From assembly GCA_965213925.1 (NCBI GenBank), contig OZ243927.1, positions 1,920,001-1,984,000 of the forward strand: 64,000 nucleotides of DNA. The letters run 5' to 3'. Shown here piece by piece: positions 9,683 to 19,652 of this stretch (positions within the stretch are counted from its first letter, which is position 1; each line of letters begins with the position of its first letter). The notes beneath the pieces are model-generated. The model was not told the DNA's origin, ran no database searches, and saw nothing but the letters and a program-made list of their open reading frames with translations. The translations under genes were made by a program, and so were the position numbers. This stretch comes from Trueperaceae bacterium (GTDB lineage: Bacteria > Deinococcota > Deinococci > Deinococcales > Trueperaceae).

Positions 9683-10120
9683 ATGAGAGCAGCACTCGTT
9701 ATCGTCATGGCGTTAGGTTTAGTGGCTTGCGGCTCGGACAGAGCGTTAGAGGAGCAGCGTCAATCTTTCGAGGGACAAATCAGCTCGCTACAGGAGCGCG
9801 TTTCGAGCCTAGAAACCGAGCGTCAAGACTTGCAGCAGGAACTGGGCACGAGTTTAGAAGAGGAGTACAGCTTCGTCACCGCGCAGATTGCGGACTTGCA
9901 GACGCAAGTCCGGGCGCTCGAGGTGCGCCGCGACGAACTTCGCGCGGAACTCCGAGCGGCGGGTATCGAGGTTGCGCCACTAGAAACGGGCGGACAAACG
10001 GGTGGTACGGCGGCGCTTATCGAGAGGTTGGAAGGTGCGTTAAGTGGCGGCGTGCAAGAGAGCACAGGCGGCACTTTGGACGTAACAGGGGGGTTGCTCG
10101 AGACGGGCGGCACGAACTAA
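9683..10120 (+). CDS. Small coiled-coil lipoprotein 3 with multiple TGG motifs
   Basis: LVAC lipobox, heptads, tail LETGGQTGG...ESTGGTLDVTGGLLETGGTN. Confidence 0.8.
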   Translation: MRAALVIVMALGLVACGSDRALEEQRQSFEGQISSLQERVSSLETERQDLQQELGTSLEEEYSFVTAQIADLQTQVRALEVRRDELRAELRAAGIEVAPLETGGQTGGTAALIERLEGALSGGVQESTGGTLDVTGGLLETGGTN

Positions 10121-10186
10121 CTTACGCAACAAGGAGTTACAACTTTTGATGACGCTACCTATCAGGTTTCGGTAACGATCGGATGT

Positions 10187-11482
10187 TCAGTTGAGATGCG
10201 TCTTCGTCGCGAGTTCGGGCGCTTGCCCTCTGACCACGCGGGCTCCCAGGGCGCGCAGCCGCTCCTCTAAGCCTTCGTAACCCCGCTCGATATAGCGCAC
10301 ACCTGTAATCGCGGATTCGCCCTCCGCGGCGAGCGCCGCGATAACGAGCGCGCCGCCTGCGCGGATGTCGGCGGCGTGCATCTGGGAGCCCGCAAGGGTG
10401 CCGCCCCGCACGATGAGGGTGCGGTCTCGCAGCTCGAGCTGCGCCCCCGTGCGCGTCAATTCGCCTACGTGGGTAAAGCGGTCCGGGTAGACGCGGTCTT
10501 GAAGCGTGCTAAAGCCTGGCACCGTCGCTAAAAAGGCACCGAAGGGCGCTTGCAAGTCGGTGGGGAGACCGGGGTACTCGCTGGCTGTCACGTCCACGGC
10601 TTTGAGGGAACCCGCCGCGTCAACGTGAAGGGTGTGCGCGTCTAATTGTGTAATGACGACGCCGCTTTCGCAGAGCTTATGGGTGACGGCGCGCAGGTGC
10701 TCGGGGTTGACGTTGCGCAAGGTCACGTGACCCCGCGTCGCCGCTGCTGCAAGCATAAAGGTGCCCGCTTCGATACGGTCAGGCACGGGGCGGTACGTGA
10801 CGCCGCGCAGTGAGGCGACGCCCTCGATGTGAACTGTAGGGGTGCCCGCGCCGCGAATGCGTGCGCCCATCAAGTTGAGCATTTCGGCTAAGTCAGCAAT
10901 TTCGGGCTCCAAGGCGGCGTCTTCGATCGTCACGTGTCCTTCGCCCAAAGCGCTCGCTAAAATGACGTTCTGCGTGCCGCCGACGGTGGGCACCTCGAAG
11001 ACGGCTCTCCCCGCCAAGGCACCCGAACGCCGCACCTGAAAGTCGCCGCCCGCTTCGCCTATCTCCGCGCCGATCTGCCGGAAGGCTTTGATGTGCCGGT
11101 CCACGGGGCGCGGACCGAACGCGCAGCCGCCCGGCATGGAGATGTTCGCCTCGCCGCAGCGCCCTAAAAGTGCGCCCATCGCGACGAAGCTCGCCCGCAG
11201 TTGGCTGACGAGCGCATACGGCGCGTCGCAGGTGAAGATTTCAGACGCTTCGATGTGGAGGTCACGCCCGTGCCAGCGCGCTGACGCGCCGAAATGCTCC
11301 AACATCTCGCACAGGATAAGGATGTCACTGAGCTTGGGGATATTCTCGAGCACGACCTTTTCGCGCGTTAGGAGTGCGCCCATCATCAGGTAAAGGACGG
11401 AGTTCTTGGCGGCGTGGGCGCGCACTTCGCCCTGTAAAGGTGTGCCGCCCGTGATGTAAAGCGCGTCGTGATGAAGTTCCAT
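10187..11482 (-). CDS. murA: UDP-N-acetylglucosamine 1-carboxyvinyltransferase
   Basis: AKNS, LRAS, MPGGCAFGPRPVDRH (catalytic Cys), PDRIEAGTF, YPGLPTDLQ, DIRAG, IERGY. Confidence 0.97.
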   Translation of the reverse strand: MELHHDALYITGGTPLQGEVRAHAAKNSVLYLMMGALLTREKVVLENIPKLSDILILCEMLEHFGASARWHGRDLHIEASEIFTCDAPYALVSQLRASFVAMGALLGRCGEANISMPGGCAFGPRPVDRHIKAFRQIGAEIGEAGGDFQVRRSGALAGRAVFEVPTVGGTQNVILASALGEGHVTIEDAALEPEIADLAEMLNLMGARIRGAGTPTVHIEGVASLRGVTYRPVPDRIEAGTFMLAAAATRGHVTLRNVNPEHLRAVTHKLCESGVVITQLDAHTLHVDAAGSLKAVDVTASEYPGLPTDLQAPFGAFLATVPGFSTLQDRVYPDRFTHVGELTRTGAQLELRDRTLIVRGGTLAGSQMHAADIRAGGALVIAALAAEGESAITGVRYIERGYEGLEERLRALGARVVRGQAPELATKTHLN

Positions 11483-11653
11483 AGTCGTGTTCCTTGCCCC
11501 TATCTCTATTCTCGAGCCGTAGCCCGTTCGTCAGCCTAACCTAACACCCTTCTAGGGCTTATGCGCTTAGGCTAACAGATTCGCCCTAGCCTACAAGCGA
11601 ATTACGTCACTTACACATGATACACATTAATATTCTAGGAGAAGTTTTCCACA

Positions 11654-11683
11654 TTGTCAAGTTGTGTAAGGTAGTGCTATAAT
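11654..11683 (+). promoter_or_regulatory. Sigma70-type promoter for RHH regulator/kinase genes
   Basis: TTGTCA-N18-TATAAT with an extended TG motif. Confidence 0.65.
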
Positions 11684-11776
11684 AGCCTATAGTGAAGCAT
11701 CTGCCAAGGACGGATGTTGGTAGTTCCTCTAGTGACTTTAGGGCGGCGCGCTGCGCCGCTCATGTACAGGAGACCC

Positions 11777-11995
11777 ATGCCGAAACGTGAGAAAAGCAAG
11801 CGGCTTCAAGTCGTGATCACCGAAAAACAGGACTCGCTCCTGACAAAAACCGCCTATCAGCTCTCCAATCCCGAGCGCCTCATCTCCAAGTCCGAGGTCG
11901 TGCGCCTAGGTATCGAGATGCTTAACCGCGCGGTGGAAGAGGGCAAGCTCGACCCTGAGCTGCTCACCGCAATCGAGGAGGAGCAGGGGAGCTAG
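11777..11995 (+). CDS. Small ribbon-helix-helix (CopG-like) DNA-binding protein
   Basis: RBS AGGAG before ATG 11777; KRLQVVI beta-ribbon and SKSEVVRLGI helix; resembles a small protein I recall as conserved in Deinococcus/Thermus. Confidence 0.75.
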   Translation: MPKREKSKRLQVVITEKQDSLLTKTAYQLSNPERLISKSEVVRLGIEMLNRAVEEGKLDPELLTAIEEEQGS

Positions 11996-12208
11996 CGATC
12001 CGGTGATTGAGTATGCATAAACGGGTGGGTTCGTTTAGACCTGTGCTCGGACGAAGTACCGAGCCTAGTGGAACCCGAGTCTCACTTCAAACCTCCTATC
12101 TTTGAATCTCGCGCTGACTCGGAGGGGTAACGACCATCTACCCACATTGCACACTGTGCGCCGCATACCTCGTCGTGCGAACCTCTCTTTAGGGAAGCTC
12201 TACGCCTT

Positions 12209-14080
12209 ATGTCCCTCTTTACCCCCGGCAACCTCATCGACGAACGCTATGAAATCACCGGCATCCTCGGGCAAGGGGGCACGGGTCAGGTTTACCGTGC
12301 ATATGACCGTCACCTAGACCGCGACGTCGCTCTCAAAGCGCTCCGCCCGCACCTCACCGAAGCCGACGAGGGGCGCTTTAAGCGTGAAATCAAAGCGCTC
12401 GCTAAGCTGAGCCATCCGGGAATCGTCAGTATCTACGACTTGGGGCGCGGGGAGCACGTCTACTTCGCGATGGAACTCGTCGCGGGGGGACCTTTTACGG
12501 ACTTGGGACCGCTCGAGGGCGACTTGGAGCCCTTGCTTACCCTGCTCGACGCCGCCATCTCCGTCTGTGAAGCGCTCGCCTACGTCCACCATCACGGCAT
12601 GGTCCACCGCGACCTCACGCCGCGCAACATCCTCATGACGCTGCAAGGGCAGCCTAAAGTGATGGACTTTGGTTTGGTGCAACTCGCCGAGGCAAGTCGG
12701 CAGCTCACGCGCACGGGCTTCACGCTCGGCACGCCGCAGTACATGGCTCCCGAGCAAGCCGAAGGGGGCGTCATCGGCGCGCACACCGACCTCTACGCGC
12801 TGGGCGCGGTGCTCTACAAAACGGTAACGGGCGCGGCGCTCTTCGAGGCGGAGAGCGACCTCACGCTGCTCTACCAGCACGTCTACAGCGACTTCAAAGC
12901 GCCCACCGAGGTCAACCCGGCGGTGCCGCCGAGCTTGGGCAGGCTGATCAGCAGCCTGCTCGCCAAAGACCCCGCTCTGCGCCCCGCCTCGGGCTACCGC
13001 GTCGCCGAGGCGCTGCGCACGGTTCGCGACGAGGTGGCGCGGGGCGGGGCGCGGCAGCGGCTCGGCGGGCCGGGGCAACGGGGGGTGCTGAGTGGCGGTC
13101 CGCCTACGCCTAACGCGCTGCAACGCGCCTGGCAAGTCAAGCTCGCCGAAGGTCCGCAGTGGCCCGCCGCCCTGACCGCCGCCGAAAACTTTGTGCTGCT
13201 CGGCACGCGGAGCGAAGAGGTCTACGTCCTCCACCCCGCCGACGGCGGCGTGCAGGCGCGTTTTCGCGCCGAGGATGAGGTCAACAGTCCGGTGGTATGT
13301 AGTGACGAAAGGCTCTACTACACGAGTCGCGGCGGGGCGCTCAGCGCGCTGCACTGGCCCAGCGGCGCGCGCGCCTGGGAGGACGAAGAGGCGGGCGCGG
13401 TGGGCATACTTCCCTACGCCGATGACCTCTTTGTGGCGGCGGAGAGAGGTCTCGAGCGGCGCACCAAGGGGGGCGAGGCGAGGTGGCACTACGACCTCGC
13501 CGGGGACGCGCCTGTGGCCGCGCCGACGCTACACCACACGCGGCACCACACGCAGATTTGTGTCGTCACGCACGGAGGCTGGTTGCATAGCGCCGACGCC
13601 GCGACGGGTGAGGGGAAGTTCAAGCTCGAGCTTGGGGCTGTCGCCGCGCAACCCGCTGCTAAGGGCGACATCTTACTCCTCCCCGAACGAAGCGGCGACC
13701 TGCACGCCTTTCACACCGAGCGCTTAGAGGTCCTCTGGACCTACGATATGGAGGGGCAACTCTGGGCGTCACCGCTCCTCTGGGGACCCTACGTCTACGC
13801 GGTCTCGTGGGCCGGGGTGATGCGCTGCTTGTCGCTGCAGACGGGTGACGACGTATGGGCGTATGAGGTCGGCGCGAAGGTCACGGCCGCGCCCGTCCTG
13901 GCGGGCGGCGTGCTCTACATTGCCACCGAAGAGGGTGAGATTATCGCCTTGGATGCGCGCAGCGCTCAGCCTCTCTTTACGGACCGCGTGAGCGCTGCGC
14001 CTATCCAAGCGAGCCCGCTCGTCATCGGGGAGACGCTCGTGGTCGCGGCGCTCGACGGGATGGTGCGGGCGTACCGATAA
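12209..14080 (+). CDS. Hanks Ser/Thr kinase with C-terminal PQQ-like beta-propeller (RqkA-like)
   Basis: GQGGTG, VALK, HRDLTPRN, DFG, GTPQYMAPE; C-terminal W...ASP/AAP propeller repeats. Confidence 0.9.
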   Translation: MSLFTPGNLIDERYEITGILGQGGTGQVYRAYDRHLDRDVALKALRPHLTEADEGRFKREIKALAKLSHPGIVSIYDLGRGEHVYFAMELVAGGPFTDLGPLEGDLEPLLTLLDAAISVCEALAYVHHHGMVHRDLTPRNILMTLQGQPKVMDFGLVQLAEASRQLTRTGFTLGTPQYMAPEQAEGGVIGAHTDLYALGAVLYKTVTGAALFEAESDLTLLYQHVYSDFKAPTEVNPAVPPSLGRLISSLLAKDPALRPASGYRVAEALRTVRDEVARGGARQRLGGPGQRGVLSGGPPTPNALQRAWQVKLAEGPQWPAALTAAENFVLLGTRSEEVYVLHPADGGVQARFRAEDEVNSPVVCSDERLYYTSRGGALSALHWPSGARAWEDEEAGAVGILPYADDLFVAAERGLERRTKGGEARWHYDLAGDAPVAAPTLHHTRHHTQICVVTHGGWLHSADAATGEGKFKLELGAVAAQPAAKGDILLLPERSGDLHAFHTERLEVLWTYDMEGQLWASPLLWGPYVYAVSWAGVMRCLSLQTGDDVWAYEVGAKVTAAPVLAGGVLYIATEEGEIIALDARSAQPLFTDRVSAAPIQASPLVIGETLVVAALDGMVRAYR

Positions 14081-14196
14081 GGGAAGTCATCTGAATCTGG
14101 GGCGCGGCGTGATAGAGGTCGGTGTACTTTAATGATACGGAATTGCACAGTTTACTTACCCTAACTGAGGGCGTTAGAGCTTACTATCACAGATAG

Positions 14197-14228
14197 GCAT
14201 GACTTTGTTTTGCAAAACAAAGTCATGC
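14197..14228. repeat. Perfect 32-bp palindrome (terminator or operator)
   Basis: GCATGACTTTGTTTTG|CAAAACAAAGTCATGC. Confidence 0.7.
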
Positions 14229-14353
14229 AACCTCGTATGAGTTGATAAGAGTCAGTGCGCCCCGACCCTCTCGTCAATCTTGAGAAGGTCCCCCGACGCC
14301 GACAGGACATGCGGATCACTTGAGCCTCGGTGGGTTGCTCCTGACTGAACAAA

Positions 14354-14380
14354 AGAGGCTGAGGTCGAACCTCAGCCTCT
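14354..14380 (-). terminator. Intrinsic terminator of lon
   Basis: AGAGGCTGAGG-TCGAA-CCTCAGCCTCT hairpin followed by a T-run on the minus strand. Confidence 0.75.
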
Positions 14381-14398
14381 CAACACTTATCTGCGAAT

Positions 14399-16843
14399 TT
14401 ACGCTTGCGCCGCTGGCGCTTCCGGGTCCTTACGCTTGCGGCTCTTCTTAGGCTTTTTGCGAGACTCTAGCGCCTCCAACCCGCCGACCATAAAGACCTC
14501 TAACGCTTTGTCTAAGTCGTCTACCTCGTGGAAGTCTAGGCTGCGGCGCAGGTGGCTTGGAATGTCGTTTAAGTCCGAGAGGTTCTTCTCGGGGAAGACG
14601 ATGTGCTTGATGCCTGCCCGCTTCGCCCCCAAGATTTTTTCCTTGAGCCCGCCAATGGGAAGGACTCGTCCGCGCAAGGTGATTTCACCTGTCGAAGCGA
14701 CGTCTTTGCGCACCGGCACGCCGGTCAAGGCGCTGATCAAAGAGGTGGCGATGGCGACCCCGGCGCTCGGCCCCTCCTTGGGCGTTGCGCCTGCGGGGAC
14801 GTGGATGTGGAGTTCGTGGTTGTCGAGCACGTCCTGCGGAATGCCGAAGCGCTCCGCGTTGTTCTTCGCGTAAGTCAGCGCTGCGCGCGCCGACTCCTTC
14901 ATCACGTCGCCGAGTTGACCCGTCAAGACCAAGCCACCTTTACCGGGCGTCACGGACGTTTCCACGAAGAGGATGTCGCCGCCGACGGGCGTGTAGTACA
15001 TGCCTGTCGCTACGCCGACGAGATTCTCTTCCGCTTCGCTCTCGGGGGTGTAGCGCTCCGGTCCTAAGAACTGCTCTAAGGAGCGCTCACCGATGCGCAC
15101 GCGCTTGCCGTCCCCTTCCGCGATACGCCGCGCCGACTTACGAGCGAGCGTACCGATGGTGCGCTCTAAGTTGCGAACGCCTGCCTCGCGGGTATATGAC
15201 GTGACGAGCTTGGTGAGTGCGCCGTCCGAGATGGCGAGCTGCTTCTCTTTGAGTCCGTTCTCTCTGACCTGACGCGGCAAGAGGTAGCGCTTGGCGATCT
15301 CGACCTTTTCCGGCTCGATGTAGGAGGAGAACTCCAAGGTTTCCATCCGGTCCATCAAGGCTTCGGGGATTTGCTGACCGTAATTTGCCGTGGCGATAAA
15401 CAGCACTTCGGAGAGGTCGAAAGGCACACCTAAGTAGTGGTCCACAAAGGTGCTGTTTTGGGCGGGGTCTAGGACCTCCAAGAGCGCGGAGGACGGGTCC
15501 CCCTGATAGCTCATGCCGAGCTTGTCGATCTCGTCCAAGAGGAACACGGGGTTCTTCGTCCCGGCTTGGCGGATGCCCTGAATGATGCGCCCCGGCATGG
15601 AACCGATATAGGTGCGGCGGTGTCCGCGGATGTCGGACTCGTCGCGTGCGCCGCCCAAGGAGATGCGCACGTACTCGCGCCCTAGCGCCTTGGCGATGGA
15701 CTTCGCAATCGAGGTTTTACCGACGCCGGGCGGTCCGACGAACAGGAGAATGGGTCCGCGGTTGACTTCGCCCTCTTCGAGTTCGCCTTTCGCAGCGCGG
15801 TCCGCTTTGAGCTTGCGCACAGCCAGGTACTCGATAACGCGGTCTTTGATCTTCTCCAAGCCGTAGTGGTCTTCGTCCAGGATGTCCACCGCTTTGTCCA
15901 GCTTGAGCCTGTCTTCGCTGCGCTCGTTCCAGGGGAGTTCGGTGATGGTCGTGAGGTAGGTGCGAATCACCGAGGCTTCCGCCGAGTCGGGGTGCATCCG
16001 GGCTAGGCGGTTCAACTCGCGCTCGGCTTCTTTCATGACCTCTTCGTCAAGCTCGAGTTCCTCCAGCTTGACGCGGAAGTTCTCGACCTCGTCGTCGCCC
16101 TCTTCAGAGCCGGATAGCTCGCGCTGCAAGGCCTTGATCTGCTCGCGCAAGAAGTACTCGCGCTGGTTGCGGTCGATCTCATCTTTGACCTCGCGCTGAA
16201 CGCGGCGCTGAGTTTCGGCGAGTTCGATCTCGGTATCGATTAAAACCAAGACCTTGCGGACGCGCTCCTCGACGGAGTCGGACTCCAAGACCTCTTGTTT
16301 ATCCTCCAAGCGAAAGTCCAGGTGATACGCCACGTAGTCCGCAAACTGCCCCGCGTCGTCTAAATTCATGACGAACTGCGCAACCTCGGGCTGGATGTTA
16401 CGACCCGATTCGATGACATCCGAGAACTTCTCTTTGAGTTCGCGGAAAGCGGCCTCTAAAGTCACTTCGTTGCCCGTCGGCACTTCAAAGGGAGACACGT
16501 CCGCCTCGATGATCTCGCCGGAGTGGTAGGCGTCGATGTGCACCCGCGCGAACGCCTGCACGAGCATCTGGATGCTGCCGTTCGGGTTCTTCTTCATCCG
16601 CAAGATGTTACACGCCGTCCCGACTTCGAAGAGGTCGTCGCCCGTAGGCTCCTCCACTTCGCGGTCTTTTTGGCTCACGATCAGGATGGTGCGGTTGCGG
16701 TCGAGTGCCGCGTTAATCGCCCGGATCGAGACGCCGCGCCCAGCGTCAATCGGCATGACCATCGTGGGGTACAAAACCGAGCCGCGCACCGGACAAACGG
16801 GAATCGCCGCGTCGAAAAGTTCGTCGTTGGTTATCTCTGCCAT
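14399..16843 (-). CDS. lon: ATP-dependent protease La
   Basis: LON N-domain, [35 protein letters not shown] (Ser) and IGGLKEK (Lys). Confidence 0.98.
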   Translation of the reverse strand: MAEITNDELFDAAIPVCPVRGSVLYPTMVMPIDAGRGVSIRAINAALDRNRTILIVSQKDREVEEPTGDDLFEVGTACNILRMKKNPNGSIQMLVQAFARVHIDAYHSGEIIEADVSPFEVPTGNEVTLEAAFRELKEKFSDVIESGRNIQPEVAQFVMNLDDAGQFADYVAYHLDFRLEDKQEVLESDSVEERVRKVLVLIDTEIELAETQRRVQREVKDEIDRNQREYFLREQIKALQRELSGSEEGDDEVENFRVKLEELELDEEVMKEAERELNRLARMHPDSAEASVIRTYLTTITELPWNERSEDRLKLDKAVDILDEDHYGLEKIKDRVIEYLAVRKLKADRAAKGELEEGEVNRGPILLFVGPPGVGKTSIAKSIAKALGREYVRISLGGARDESDIRGHRRTYIGSMPGRIIQGIRQAGTKNPVFLLDEIDKLGMSYQGDPSSALLEVLDPAQNSTFVDHYLGVPFDLSEVLFIATANYGQQIPEALMDRMETLEFSSYIEPEKVEIAKRYLLPRQVRENGLKEKQLAISDGALTKLVTSYTREAGVRNLERTIGTLARKSARRIAEGDGKRVRIGERSLEQFLGPERYTPESEAEENLVGVATGMYYTPVGGDILFVETSVTPGKGGLVLTGQLGDVMKESARAALTYAKNNAERFGIPQDVLDNHELHIHVPAGATPKEGPSAGVAIATSLISALTGVPVRKDVASTGEITLRGRVLPIGGLKEKILGAKRAGIKHIVFPEKNLSDLNDIPSHLRRSLDFHEVDDLDKALEVFMVGGLEALESRKKPKKSRKRKDPEAPAAQA

Positions 16844-16892
16844 GTGGGTCTCCTCTGAGTGAGAGGTTCAAGGTCTGGGATTGCTACGGAAA

Positions 16893-16913
16893 TATGAGTG
16901 TGCATGTATCAAG
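16893..16913. promoter_or_regulatory. Putative HAIR (HspR) operator at lon promoter
   Basis: TATGAGT-N7-TATCAAG vs consensus CTTGAGT-N7-ACTCAAG; adjacent minus-strand -10 TAAACT (16912-16917). Confidence 0.55.
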
Positions 16914-17199
16914 TTTACTACGTACGCCCATATAAGCTGGAAGGTGGCTTACATGAAACGCGCTATGAGGTTTGGCTCGGAGAACTGCGATGTGGCGGAT
17001 ATTGCGTTCATCCTTTAGTGTAAACCTCTTTAGGGGGCGTAACGGTAAGAAAATGCGAAAAGGGAGAAATTTAACAGGAAGATAGCAATGAGTTGAAAGC
17101 AATGAGTCTAAAGTCCTTGGTTTTCACTCATGGCTCGTTGCTCGTTTCTCATTGCTCCTCCACACGCGCAGCGAAACCCTCCTATGTTAGCTTTGAGCA

Positions 17200-19023
17200 A
17201 TGCAACCGCTCAAATCCCAACTCAAACACGCCCTGAGTGAAGCGCTCCAAAAGATGGAGGTAGACGCGCCCGATATCGCGATTCAAGAGGTCCCCGAAGG
17301 AAAAGCCGGAGACTACGGCAGCCCCGTCGCTTTCGGGCTTGCTAAAACCTTGCGGAAGAACCCGGCGGCGATTGCGCAGGATATTATCTTAGGGTTGAAC
17401 CTACCCCCTAGTATCCAAAAAGCTGAAGCGGTTGGACCTTACATCAACTTTTTCGTCAATCCCTCAAATTTTGTTCAAAACGTGGCGACAGTAGAAGCAC
17501 CCCTACCTGATCAAGATAAAAAAGCCATCGTCGAACACACCAGCGTCAACCCGAACAAAGAGGCGCACGTGGGGCACTTGCGCAACATCGTTTTAGGGGA
17601 CGCTTGCGCCCGCATCTTAAAAGCGGCGGGCTACGAGGTCGAGATTCAGAACTACATCGACGACACGGGTCGGCAGGCGGCGGAGTCTATTTTCGCGACG
17701 ACGTATTTTAAGGCGCAGTACGACGGGTCTAAAAAGTATGACCACTGGCTGGGCGAGCTTTACGTGAAGTTGGGTGAGGCGAAGGAGAGGGACGGCGAGA
17801 GGATCGAGCAAGGTGTGTCGGAGGTGATGCATAGGCTCGAGCGCGGCGAACTCCGTACGAAAGTGGAGGACGTTTTGAGGTCGCAGTTGGAGACCTACTA
17901 CGCGCTAGGCGTCGAGTACGACCTCTTGGTGTGGGAGTCCGACATCGTTCACAGCGGCTTTTTGGCGCAAGCGCTAGACGTGCTCAAAAATAGCGAATAC
18001 GTCTTCCAACCCCAAGAGGGCAAGTTTGCGGGCGCGTTGGTCATGGACGTGTCTTCATTCTTACCTGGGCTCGAGGAACCTCTCGTCGTCCTCGTTCGCA
18101 GTGACGGCAACGCGATGTACGTCGCCAAAGACATCGGCACGCAGTTCTGGAAAGTCGGTCTGTTTGAAGGCTTGAAATTCACAGAATTTGACATGCAGCC
18201 TTCAGGGAGAACGCTTTACACGAGCAACCCCGACGGTGAAGCGCACCCGGACGGACACACCTTTGCGAAAGCGGATGAGGTCATCAACGTCATCGACGTG
18301 CGGCAGTCGCACCCGCAGACGATTGTGAAAACGGCGCTGGCGCTGACCGATACGGCGCAAGGTTTCGACGCTTCGCGTCACCTAGCGTATGAGGTGGTGA
18401 CGCTCGAGGGTCAAGCCATGAGCGGGCGCAAAGGGATTACCTTGTCCATTGATGAGGTCATCGACGAGGCGACGAAACGCGCAAGGGGCGTGGTTGAGGA
18501 GAAAAACCCTAACCTGGCGACGATAGACGAAGTGGCGCGGCAAGTGGGCATCGGCGCGTTGCGTTTCGGGATGCTCAAAAGCGAGGCGAAGCGCATTATC
18601 GACTTTCGTTGGGAGCAGGCGTTGTCGCTACAAGGGGACTCTGCTCCTTACGTTCAGTATGCGCACGCGCGGGCGTGCAGCATCCTTCGCGCGGCTGAGG
18701 GGTTGGATGAAAAGGATGCAGACTGGGACAAGGTCGGCGTGTTAGAGGTCAAGTTGGCGCAAGAGGTCGCGCGGCTGCCCGAAGTGATAATGGGCGCGGC
18801 TAGGAGCTACGCGCCGCATCTGGTGGCGCAGTATGGGCTCGAGCTGGCGACGAGTTGGAACAGCTATTACAACCACAAAAATGAGCAGGGGAGACCGGAC
18901 ACGCAAGTCTTGAAGGCGGAGCCCGGTTTAAGAGAGGCGCGGCTTGCGCTTGTGCGGCGCGTCAAGGAGACATTGGCGCAGAGTTTGGCTTTGTTGGGAA
19001 TTGCTGCGCCAGAGGAGATGTAG
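17200..19023 (+). CDS. argS: Arginine--tRNA ligase
   Basis: GDY, VEHTSVNPNKEAHVGHLRN (HIGH-like), MSGRKG, GDSAPYVQYAHARACSI, PEEM end. Confidence 0.97.
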   Translation: MQPLKSQLKHALSEALQKMEVDAPDIAIQEVPEGKAGDYGSPVAFGLAKTLRKNPAAIAQDIILGLNLPPSIQKAEAVGPYINFFVNPSNFVQNVATVEAPLPDQDKKAIVEHTSVNPNKEAHVGHLRNIVLGDACARILKAAGYEVEIQNYIDDTGRQAAESIFATTYFKAQYDGSKKYDHWLGELYVKLGEAKERDGERIEQGVSEVMHRLERGELRTKVEDVLRSQLETYYALGVEYDLLVWESDIVHSGFLAQALDVLKNSEYVFQPQEGKFAGALVMDVSSFLPGLEEPLVVLVRSDGNAMYVAKDIGTQFWKVGLFEGLKFTEFDMQPSGRTLYTSNPDGEAHPDGHTFAKADEVINVIDVRQSHPQTIVKTALALTDTAQGFDASRHLAYEVVTLEGQAMSGRKGITLSIDEVIDEATKRARGVVEEKNPNLATIDEVARQVGIGALRFGMLKSEAKRIIDFRWEQALSLQGDSAPYVQYAHARACSILRAAEGLDEKDADWDKVGVLEVKLAQEVARLPEVIMGAARSYAPHLVAQYGLELATSWNSYYNHKNEQGRPDTQVLKAEPGLREARLALVRRVKETLAQSLALLGIAAPEEM

Positions 19024-19079
19024 GCATTTCCGTCTAATTCATTCGTGCTTGAACCGGATGTGATGCGGCGCTGTGTAGT

Positions 19080-19107
19080 GTAGGGGCGATTCATGAATTG
19101 CCCCTAC
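19080..19107. repeat. GTAG-family REP-like palindrome
   Basis: GTAGGGGCGATTCATGAATTGCCCCTAC, intergenic imperfect palindrome with GTAG/CTAC ends. Confidence 0.7.
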
Positions 19108-19158
19108 GGAGCAAGCGTTCCTGGTGTGATCATTGCTACAGCTAAAGAGGAGGTCTGA

Positions 19159-19602
19159 ATGCAAGGCTGCAAAACGTGTGAGCTTATTGCGCGGCGCGAT
19201 AACGGCGATGCACCGCTTTGGGATGAAATCCTCCGCACGCCTCTCTGGGACGTGGTGCATAATTACGACACCTCGTTACCGGGCTGGCTCGTTCTCGTGG
19301 TGCGCCGCCACCTCTCGGCGATCGATGAACTCACAGAAGAAGAGGCGGCGGAACTCGGTTCACTGCTGCGAAGAAGTTCCCATGCGCTTAAAGAGGTCGT
19401 CGGCTGCGAAAAGACCTACGTGCTTCAGTTTGCCGAGCACCCCGAGCATCCACACGTGCATTTCCACGTCGTGCCGCGCATGGCGGACATGCCTGATAAA
19501 TACCGGGCTACGGGGATATTTGAGTACTCGAGCCCCGCCCAAAAGCGCCTTAGCGAAGCGGCGATGAACGCGCTGGCAGCGCGGTTACGTTTGCTGCTCT
19601 AA
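19159..19602 (+). CDS. HIT family protein
   Basis: N-terminal CxxC, HVHFHVVPR histidine triad, RBS GAGGAGG. Confidence 0.9.
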   Translation: MQGCKTCELIARRDNGDAPLWDEILRTPLWDVVHNYDTSLPGWLVLVVRRHLSAIDELTEEEAAELGSLLRRSSHALKEVVGCEKTYVLQFAEHPEHPHVHFHVVPRMADMPDKYRATGIFEYSSPAQKRLSEAAMNALAARLRLLL

Positions 19603-19652
19603 ACACGGCAAGCCGAGCGCTACTTACGTAGCGCAAGAGGTAGACTGGCTGC

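Noticed and set aside
12314..13489. 391-aa antisense ORF and many similar long shadow ORFs (e.g. 21579-22520, 25048-25797, 52836-53495, 62713-63543)
   Set aside because: They overlap well-supported genes, are Arg/Ala/Pro-rich without motifs, and are expected in GC-rich DNA
14250..14346. HDV-like ribozyme or SRP RNA
   Set aside because: A GAC-CCTCTC-GTC mini-hairpin resembles P3/L3, but P1.1 and J4/2 elements do not fit, and the SRP domain IV motif is absent
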